From assembly GCA_950097015.1 (NCBI GenBank), contig CATNEN010000038.1:15004001-15068000 (forward strand): a stretch of DNA of 64,000 nt, in the 5' to 3' direction. The stretch comes from Macrostomum hystrix (Eukaryota > Animalia > Platyhelminthes). Of the stretch, positions 27,601 to 37,279 are shown one piece after another; position 1 is the stretch's first letter; every line of letters starts with the position of its first letter. A model generated the notes under the pieces. The model searched no databases. It had not been told where the DNA came from and worked only from the letters and a program-made list of their open reading frames with translations. Made by a program: the position numbers and the translations under genes.

Positions 27601-30600
27601 AACTTCAGGGAAGTGAAACTTCAGGGAAGTGAAACTTCAGGGAAGTGAAACTTCAGGGAAGTGAAACTTCAGGGAAGTGAAAATTCAGGGAAGTGAAACT
27701 TCAGGGAAGTGAAACTTCGGGGAAGTGAAAATTCAGGGAAGTGAAACTTCAGGGAAGTGAAACTTCAGGGAAGTGAAACGTCAGGGAAGTGAAACTTCAG
27801 GGAAGTGAAACTTCAGGGAAGTGAAACTTCAGGGAAGTGAAAATTCAGGGAGCTCACCATGGACTCAGCGCATGGTCCCTCCCACTGCCGCCTGGACAGC
27901 TGTTCGTCAGCGTCTTCGCTGTGCTCAAAAAACTGACTCGAAGCGGTGCACTGCACCAGCTGTGAACTGTCCGGCACCTGCTCGTCCTCCTCAATCTCCT
28001 CGTCGTCCTCTTCGAAATGGTTCGGATGTCGACCTCGGCCGTCCGTAGGCGAATCCAGCTGGCTCAGGCCCCCTAGCTCGCTGAAAAGCGACTCGCCAAG
28101 AAAATCGTCGACGAAGCCGCCGACTCCGGAATCTCCGGCGCATGTCTTCGCTGCAGCATTCGAGGAAGACATGAACATCACGTGACACGAAGTCGGAGTG
28201 TGACTATTCAAAGGAGACATTTGCATCTGCTGCTGCTGCTGCTGCTGATGCTGAAAAAGCTGCTCTTCGGCCTAACAGAGAAGATGCGGAGATGGAAAAT
28301 AACCATTCAGTTCCTCATGCAGCCAGCTAAGGCTAGTCAGTTCCAGTCATGCAGCCAGCTAAGTCTACCTAGTTCCAGTCATGCAGCCAGCTAAGTCTAC
28401 CTAGTTCCAGTCATGCAGCCAGCTAAGGCTAGTCAGTTCCAGTCATGCAGCCAGCTAAGTCTACCTAGTTCCAGTCATGCAGCCAGCTAAGTCTACCTAG
28501 TTCCAGTCATGCAGCCAGCTAAGGCTAGCCAGTTCCAGTCATGCAGCCAGCTAAGGCTAGTCAGTTCCAGTCATGCAGCCAGCTAAGGCTAGTCAGTTCC
28601 AGTCATGCAGCCAGCTAAGGCTAGTCAGTTCCAGTCATGCAGTCAGCTAAGGCCAGCCAGATCCAGTCATGCAGCCAGCTAAGTCTACCTAGTTCCAGTC
28701 ATGCAGCCAGCTAAGGCTAGTCAGTTGCAGTCATGCAGCCAGCTAAGGCTAGTCAGTTCCAGTCATGCAGCCAGCTAAGGCTAGTCAGTTCCAGTCATGC
28801 AGCCAGCTAAGGCTAGTCAGTTCCAGTCATGCAGCCAGCTAAGGCTAGTCAGTTCCAGTCATGCAGCCAGCTAAGGCTAGTCAGTTCCAGTCATGCAGCC
28901 AGCTAAGGCTAGTCAGTTGCAGTCATGCAGCCAGCTAAGGCTAGTCAGTTCCAGTCATGCAGCCAGCTAAGGCTAGTCAGTTGCAGTCATGCAGCCAGCT
29001 AAGGCTAGTCAGTTCCAGTCATGCAGCCAGCTAAGGCTAGCCAGTTCCAGTCATGCAGCCAGCTAAGGCTAGTCAGTTCCAGTCATGCAGCCAGCTAAGG
29101 CTAGCCAGTTCCAGTCATGCTACTTACCAGCTCCATCTGCTGCCTTCGCTGACTAGCTAGACTCGCGGCCAGCTGTTCGCGCAGATCGGCGACAGTGTCG
29201 GTCAGTTCAGCGAGTCGAGCCTCCAATTGGACTCTTTGATTTTCGGCGGCAGCAGCCAGGGCGTCCCGCTCAGCTCCGGCCCGACTGAGGCGACGCTCCA
29301 TGTCGGCGCGCTCAGCTCGCAGCTCGTTGATCTCGGCGCCGGCGCTGGCTAGCCGGTCTTGAGCTTCGGCGCGTCTGGCTCGCAGCTCAGACTGGTAAGG
29401 ATGATAATAATTAATCAATCAAAGATTGTAAAACAAGCTTCAGAATTGCGAGGAAAAGGTCTCAAATTGCTAACCTGCAGACTATCCGCTCTGGCAGAGC
29501 TAAGACGGCAGTCTTCAACGAGGCGTTCGTTGGCGGACATCAGCTCCGATCTAGCCAGTTGTTGTCGGCGAATCTCTTCGCGTAGGGCTCGAGTTTCGGC
29601 CTTGATTTTTTGAGGATTTTTTAGGATCAGACAGAGGTTAAATAAATGGATAAACATGTTTTCACAAGACAGATTAGACTGACAGACAAAAAGAAAACAC
29701 AAAAAACACAGACTAGTGTACAAGACAGATTTGAAGACTGATAAATAGAGGAGAAAGACAGAAAATGCGTGAATAACGAGACAGACAAAATAGACAAGAC
29801 AGACAAAATAGACAAGACAGACAAAACAGACAAGACAGACAAGACAGACAAGACAGGCAAGACAGACAAGACAGACAAGACAGACAAGACAGGCAAGACA
29901 GGCAAGACAGACAAGACAGACAAGACAGACAAGATAGACAGACAAGACAGACAAGACAGACAAGACAGATAAGACAGACAAGGCAGATGAGACAGACAAG
30001 ACGGAAAAACTGAAAACAAGACAGACAAGACAGACAAGACAGATGAGACAGATGAGACAGATGAGACAGACAAAACAGACAAGACAGACAAGACAGACAA
30101 GACAGACAAGACAGGCAAGACAGACAAGACAGACAAGACAGGTGAGACAGATGAGACAGATGAGACAGACAAAACAGACAAGACAGACAAGACAGACAAG
30201 ACAGACAAGACAGACAAGACAGGCAAGACAGACAAGACAGACAAGACAGACAAGACAGGCAAGACAGACAAGACAGACAAGACAGATGAGACAGACAAGA
30301 CAGATGAGACAGATGAGACAGATGAGACAGACAAGACAGATGAGACAGACAAGACAGGCAAGACAGACAAGACAGGCAAGACAGACAAGACAGACAAGAC
30401 AGGCAAGACAGACAAGACAGATGAGACAGACAAGACGGAAAAACTGAAAACAAGACAGACAAGACAGACAAGACAGATGAGACAGATGAGACAGGCAAGA
30501 CAGGCAAGACAGATGAGACAGACAAGACGGAAAAACTGAAAACAAGACAGACAAGACAGACAAGACAGATGAGACAGATGAGACAGATGAGACAGACAAA

Positions 30601-33094
30601 ACAGACAAGACAGACAAGACAGACAAGACAGACAAGACAGACAAGACAGGCAAGACAGACAAGACAGACAAGACAGGTGAGACAGACAAGACAGACAAGA
30701 CAGATGAGACAGATGAGACAGATGAGACAGACAAGACAGACAAGACAGACAAGACAGGCAAGACAGGCAAGACAGGCAAGACAGACAAGACAGATGAGAC
30801 AGACAAGACAGATGAGACAGATGAGACAGACAAGACAGACAAGACAGACAAGACAGATGAGACAGACAAGACAGACAAGACAGACAAGACAGGCAAGACA
30901 GGCAAGACAGACAAGACAGATGAGACAGACAAGACGGAAAAACTGAAAACAAGACAGACAGGAAAGAAAGGAGAGATAAGTAGACCAGACAGACGAGACA
31001 GATAAGTTTAACTTATGAACAGACACACAAGACAGAAAAACAAAGCGACACCCCCAAGGACTAGGCAACAGAAGTCTTACCTGCAGATCCCTAATCTGGG
31101 CGTCCCAGTCCTGCTCAGCAGAGTCAATCTTGGAGCGCAGGTCCAGTTTTTCTCGCTCGGCGGCCGACAGTCTGGCTTCAAATTCCGTTCGCAACATATC
31201 GGCCTCCTCTTTTAACTGGGCGTTGCTGCACAGCAGGGCCCGGCCAAGCTCGGCGGCTAGCAACAGGTCCTGCTCCTTCTGGCGCAGCTCATCGTAGACA
31301 CTGCGACCGCCTAAAATTTGTATTGAATCAATTTTAAATAAAACATTTTGACAAAAGTTTTCTACTATTAGTAGGACGATAGTGTTGCGTTGTGACAATT
31401 TTCGAACGAGCGAGTGGTCCAGGAAAGGCTGTTAAAATTCGGCATTGTTCGCATTGCATATTTCGTGTGTGCTACTGAGAGTAGAGTAAGGTGAACGATT
31501 GCTGTCTAATAAGTGGCTCGTTTACAACAGTGGGTACGGAAGGGATTCGAACTCACGACCTTCCTTAAGTACTAAATTTTTTACAATATCTGGTCCTTTA
31601 TTATTAGGCTAAATTTGTTCAGCATAAGCACAACTAAATGGCTACGATAGCTAGCCTTTGTACCCATTAAAGACAGACAAACTCAAGCCTCACGCCATGA
31701 AAATACTACCGGTGCAGCGGCCAATGTGCAAAGTCTGTTATCTGGAAACCCCGCTTCACGGTGTAAGAAAAAGAGTCTACTCACACAAAAAAGTTTTTAT
31801 TTCTAAACATTGCATTTTAAAAAACTTAATGATTAAGTGGAGCGTTTCAGAAATAGTTGAAGGTGAAACGACGCGAAAATGTATAGAATTTGTTATATCT
31901 GTAGCCTAAATATATATATGTATAAAATTGTCAATAATATTGTTTCCCAGCAGGTAATTTTTAACTACCAACTGACTACTCAAGCCTACCTGCCTACTCC
32001 ATCCTCATCCCATCTACCTAATCCAGCCTACTCCATCCTCATCCCATCTACCTACTTCATCCTCCCATCTACCTACTCCAGCCTACTCCATCCTCATCCC
32101 ATCTACCTACTTCATCCTCCCATCTACCTACTCCAGCCTACTCCATCCTCATCCCATCTACCTACTTCATCCTCCCATCTACCTACTCCAGCCTACTCCA
32201 TCCTCATCCCATCTACCTACTTCATCCTCCCATCTACCTACTCCAGCCTACTCCATCCTCATACCATCTACCAACTCCAGCCTACCTGCCTACTTCATCC
32301 TCATCCCATCTACCTACTCCAGCATACCTGCCTACTCCATCCTCATCCCATCTACCTAATCCAGCCTACTCCATCCTCATACCATCTACCAACTCCAGCC
32401 TACCTGCCTACTTCATCCTCATCCCATCTACCTACTCCAGCATACCTGCCTACTCCATCCTCATCCCATCTACCTAATCCAGCCTACTCCATCCTCATCC
32501 CATCTACCTACTCCAGCCTACCTGCCTACTCCATCCTCATCCCATCTACCTAATCCAGCCTACTCCATCCTCATCCCATCTACCTACTCCAGCCTACCTG
32601 CCTACTCCATCCTCATCCCATCTACCTACTCCAACGTACCTGCCTACTCCATCGTCATCCCATATACCTATTTCATCCTCATACCATCTACCTACTCCAG
32701 CCTACCTGCCTACTCCATCCTCATCTCATTTACCTACTCCAGCCTACCTGCCTACTCCATCCTCACTCAATCTACCTACTCCATCCTCCTACCATCTGCC
32801 TAGTACATCCTCAAGTCTCGACTTCTCACCAGACTCAACAGCCTCCGCGGCGGCAGCCCGCCGACCCATGTAGCTCTGCAGATAGTTGCCCAACTCCTGT
32901 GATGACACGCCATCAGCAGAAGAAGCTGCGGCAGCTGCTGCAGCTATGGTGTCCTCACAAATTTCATCTACATTGTCACTGTTGCTGGCCTCATTAATCA
33001 ATTCATTGTTATCTTGCTCTGAAGTGTCACTCTGCTTATGGGCATCAAAATTTGATCGAAATTCACTTCCAAAATCTTTATCCATTGAATCCAT
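24649..33094 (-). CDS. Bicaudal D-related coiled-coil dynein-dynactin cargo adaptor (BICDR/BICDL-like), 8 exons, ~523 aa
   Basis: Exons 33094-32830, 31310-31081, 29600-29475, 29391-29128, 28271-27858, 26330-26238, 25885-25803, 24745-24649, all GT-AG and frame-consistent (1572 nt). CC1 box RQKEQDLLLAAELGRALL; Spindly-like motif ESLFSEL; long coiled coils; C-terminal KRICLESQLSQMKAEVERLNSEL resembles the BICDR C-terminal coil. Confidence 0.8.
25200..25770. repeat. Degenerate ~21-bp repeat (AACAGGATTGGAAATCCCAAT) in BICDR-like intron 7
   Basis: Diverged tandem copies. Confidence 0.7.
26360..27850. repeat. 16-bp minisatellite (GGGAAGTGAAACTTCA), ~90 copies, BICDR-like intron 5
   Basis: Fills almost the whole intron. 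Confidence 0.96.
28305..29120. repeat. 32-bp minisatellite (CAGTTCCAGTCATGCAGCCAGCTAAGGCTAGT), BICDR-like intron 4
   Basis: About 25 tandem copies. Confidence 0.95.
29780..30960. repeat. 9-bp repeat (ACAGACAAG and variants), BICDR-like intron 2
   Basis: Tandem copies; generates the spurious LSV/CLS/CLV ORFs. Confidence 0.95.
31985..32790. repeat. C-rich composite minisatellite (CCTACTCCATCCTCATCCCATCTA...), BICDR-like intron 1
   Basis: Tandem modular copies. Confidence 0.9.
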
Positions 33095-35619
33095 GTGGCT
33101 AAACAGGACGAAAGTCTGGGCTCACAAAAATCAGTCCAAGTAGACTGGGCCTAAAAATATTTTATGGAGTTTTTAAGTTAGTCAATTAAAGTGCATTTAA
33201 TATTAACTTACTCTAATTACAGCATTTACTTGTTGATGTTTTCAAATTAGCATAGGTACACAAGAGTGTTATATTATAAGCTTGTTAGTATTTGTTATTA
33301 ATAATAAGCAAATTTTTATTAAATAAAAACAGAAAAAATGCTTTATTCATTCACATTTTTGCTAACATGAGTTTAAAGTTTAAAATTTACATTTCTTTCA
33401 GAGCTCATCACCTATTAAGTTGATATATTTGTAATTATGAGATGAAGGATTAAATTTTAAAATGTTGGTAAATAACATTTTGTTATGATAGAACTATTAT
33501 CATACTAATCATATATTGCCACTAAGTAACTCGGTTTTCAATACTTCATAACTATAACACAACTAACAACAGAAACACCAACTTCTACTAGCCAATACCT
33601 ACTTATAAGATCTATAAACAGTAGGAATCAACACATAGCCCAGTTAGAGCTCATCTATAGCCAGAGTCACAACCACAGCTATTTCCATGACTATCATGTT
33701 ACATTTAGGCTAATCTAGTCGACTAAGCCATTGTTCCACATAGACCCCCTGTTAATATAAACAACATATATTATTGACTATTTAATATGTAAACCAATAA
33801 AACAAACACAAAGTGCAAGCAATTAGCCATTTAGTTTAATTATAAAGCCATCAATGTACAAATAAAAACCTTATAAACATTTATACTTGATGCTTTATAT
33901 AACAAGCAAAAATGTATTATATCTATTGAAATTTGTGATTGGACCAGATTTGCAGTTAACAGCATAGCCAGAGGTATTATGCTGCACATATTTTAGGCTG
34001 CATATGGCCATTCAGTCCAAAATTGGGATGCCACAAGCCACATAAACAGACTCAATTACCTTAGAGCCTAGTTAATGGTGGTTGATTTAGTAGTACAGTA
34101 GTAATGTAGTAGATGCTAGTTTTTGAAATGTGCTACTTTCATAAAATTATATATTTGTAAATAATTTGTGAATAATGGTGCGTATATTTTATCTGCTTCA
34201 AAAAAACAATTAAGACATATTACAAAAGCAAAAAAATAAATATGATATTTATTTATCATAAATTTTATCACATATTTATCATTTTTTAATAACATATATT
34301 GACATATTCAGGACAGTATGTTAGCCATTTGAAAATTGTATAAAGATCGAAAAATTAAAAAAAAATCACCCACTTTAAGTAGGCCTAAATATAGTATGTG
34401 GGGAGTCTAATAGGGAAATCGAATAATTTCAGCAAGATTTAATATTAATAGCTAGGCAAGGCAACTAATTAGCCTAACCAATAACGAATAACTAAATAAA
34501 CTAACTTCATTTTGTTGATGTAGATGTACTAAAGGAAAATGTATTAAATTTCTATACCTTCAAGCGCAATGCGTTTTAAGGCATTCAAGAAATGGATTCC
34601 GAAAGACAAACATCTGGATATAAAGTGCATTTATCAACTTAGCCACTTGACAATCCACACTAGTGTGCTGCATAGTTGCTGTGTCCTAGAAAATCCAGGT
34701 CCTAACTGTAGTTTAAACTCTTCGCAAAAATTATTCGAGCGTCAAAAAAACAAACTATCGCGACGTTAGATTTTTCGTCTCTCGAAAAATTCTTTCTTGA
34801 ACTAAATGAGAAAAAATATTGCTTATGCGTGTAAAAAACTGTCCGGGCATCTATTATTTTCCACAACGTACCATTTTTGTCTTCCTTCAATGAACCAATA
34901 CATGTACGTTTTTCTTTAATTTTAAGTAGTCATTTATGGCTGCGAAATCGGTACCACTAGCTATAGCCAAACAAACCTTAGAAGGGTTGAAATTATCCAT
35001 AAAATTTGCGTCCGTCTCAATCTTCCAAACCATATACCAGTACACCATTTTTACTTAACAGTTGAGGCTTGCAGAACACAATCTTGTGGGATTTTGTACA
35101 CACAAAACGCTCTCGATAATCTGCGCAAAAGCCTTAAAAATAACTTTCAGGCCAATTCATACTCGTACTTTTTGTTTCAGGCACCTATCTTGCATTTTAT
35201 GTGTCTATACCTATATGGTGTTCTGCTTTTCTGTGTTATAGAGGACGGCGTGTGGCTATATGGCTGACTGACGAAGGCAAACAAGCCAGAAACCGCGGTC
35301 TCGTTCTGCCAGCGCGAGGTTCGTTCCCCACTTTTAGTGTGTTACACAACTGCTTGCATGGGCCCCATATATACGCGGCAGCGGCTGTTTACTGTCAAGG
35401 CGGGGCCGAAGGTCCAGGCCCACTTGGCAAAAATGGGGGCTGGAACCATCATTTAGGACTTGCAGAAAGGAAACTGCGAACCAATCAAAGGCCGCATCGT
35501 TTAGGTCACATCCCACGTAATTCGATACTCAATCAGCAGACTTCCATAGATCACACATTTGCTTCAATGTTTAGTAACTCGGAGTAAAAAAACCCGAATT
35601 ATCGTGAATAACATTATAT

Positions 35620-36015
35620 TTAGAATGGCGAACATGGCTCACAACCAAGTGAGCAAGCTAAGGCGCTTGCTCCACCTCCGCCACCTGCTGCCAGCAGTAA
35701 CTGCAGCTCAGCGCTGGTGTACATGAAGGTGCCACCTCCGCCGCCACCTGAGAACGACATAGCCATTGTGGAATTTCCACCGCTCTGTCCAACAATGATG
35801 GTCAGCTCCGTGTCATTTTGGAGGCTGAATCTGCCCGACATCAGGGCCCCGTTGCCCCCAAGCGTAAGGATTCCAATATTTGGATTTGGCGACCCGCCCC
35901 TGGCGCCAAGAGCCCGGATCCAATTAGCAGCCGGTGCGGGGTACCCGGTAGGTCTGGATGCAACCGCTGCGTCCGATGCTCGAATCTGCGGACAGGCAAT
36001 GTACTTTGTTTTCAT
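35620..36015 (-). CDS. ALK/LTK-like glycine-rich domain fragment (orphan exon or pseudogene)
   Basis: IRALGARGG...GGNGALMSGRFSL...LTIIVGQSG...GGGGGGTFM...LLLAAGGGGGAS follows the motif order of the ALK/LTK Gly-rich extracellular domain. Acceptor CCGCAG at 35986; the frame stops shortly after the second poly-Gly. Confidence 0.65.
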   Translation of the reverse strand: MKTKYIACPQIRASDAAVASRPTGYPAPAANWIRALGARGGSPNPNIGILTLGGNGALMSGRFSLQNDTELTIIVGQSGGNSTMAMSFSGGGGGGTFMYTSAELQLLLAAGGGGGASALACSLGCEPCSPF

Positions 36016-36504
36016 TTTTATTCAGCCTCTTTTATTTGTAAATACAAGCTATAATGTGCAAGAAAAGCGTGCAAAAAACCTCACTGAGAAAGTTTTCTTT
36101 AAGCACGTCTTATTTTATGCACGTGTATCCATCAGACCGTTCATTGCGAAATCGACTATTTCATCTTTAATGCATCCTATTTTAAAGAGTTCTCTTTAGA
36201 TATATAGCACCCTCTAGATCTTACATATCTGAAATATTTATGGAATTTTGAGGCGTGAATTTAGAGAGTGTGATTTTAGAGAGTGAATCGACCTGCTGAA
36301 ATTATTGTGTCGGAATTACCAGTGGAAAAGTAATAGTCACAGCACGTACGTAAATTACAAGAAAAAATTAAATACTGACGTATAGAACCTGATCACCTCC
36401 TTAATTTTATCCCATATACGAATATACGAAAAGCTTGTAGCTGTAGCTTATGTCGAATAATTAAACAACGACATAAATGCGGCGTAATTACTTTAGGATG
36501 TACT

Positions 36505-36553
36505 CAGGGACTATTTAATTAAGCTATACTTAAGATAGTTTAGGTAGTCCCTG
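36505..36553. mobile_element. 49-bp minimal hAT-type element
   Basis: TIR CAGGGACTA...TAGTCCCTG with a perfect 8-bp TSD GATGTACT (36497-36504 and 36554-36561). Confidence 0.75.
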
Positions 36554-37078
36554 GATGTACTTTTAAAATATTTGTTCAATCAACACAGGTTGTTACTGGC
36601 TCCTGAATCTATTCGTATTCGCATTCGGTGTTTAACTGCATTTCCATGTTAATTGTACGAACCAAAACCAAAATATAAGTAATAAGTAATAAGTAATAAG
36701 TAATAGCTAGGTAACAAGTTATAAGTTTTTTGCTAAATATATTTAATCATATGCGGAAAGCCAGTTAAAACATAACGTAAAAGCTATAATTTTAACCTGT
36801 GATTGATAATATAGCTGACAGATTTTTTTCCAAATTATACAACAAGCGTTAGAAACATTTGCAACGTTCGCTGGCTTTATATCTGGTTTTGTGCATATAT
36901 CGCACTATTTTAATTATCGTGCTTTTTGCGTTAAACATATTACTAGTCTAAACAGATTTTTATTTATGCAGTAACAACTGAATGAATATCTTATAGTAAA
37001 ATACCGAAATGTAAGCAGCGCTTGCATATTTGACAAGCAAAAGCAGATGTTTTGTTTATATATTTACCTTTTGACGAA

Positions 37079-37143
37079 CCAATCAGAGTGCTTCACTCAC
37101 GGTTTAAGAATCAGCCCTGACATATTTTCAAATCAGTATAAAT
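37079..37143 (+). promoter_or_regulatory. Candidate BTAF1 core promoter (CCAAT box and TATA box)
   Basis: CCAATCA at 37079 and TATAAAT at 37137, ~140 bp upstream of the ATG at 37280. Confidence 0.45.
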
Positions 37144-37279
37144 ATCAGCTGTGCAGTGAAAGAGTGGGTCAGGACTCGCCTAAATGTGTGATAAACTGAT
37201 CAGTTTCCTTAAAAAACACATTTTCTCGAGTTTTCTTGATTCACCTTTCACTAATCTACAGTAAACAGTTTAGACTACA

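Noticed and set aside
29415-31398. Long ORFs of 441-561 aa in three minus-strand frames
   Set aside because: Stop-free 9-bp repeat. Only 31081-31310 and 29475-29600 are real exons.
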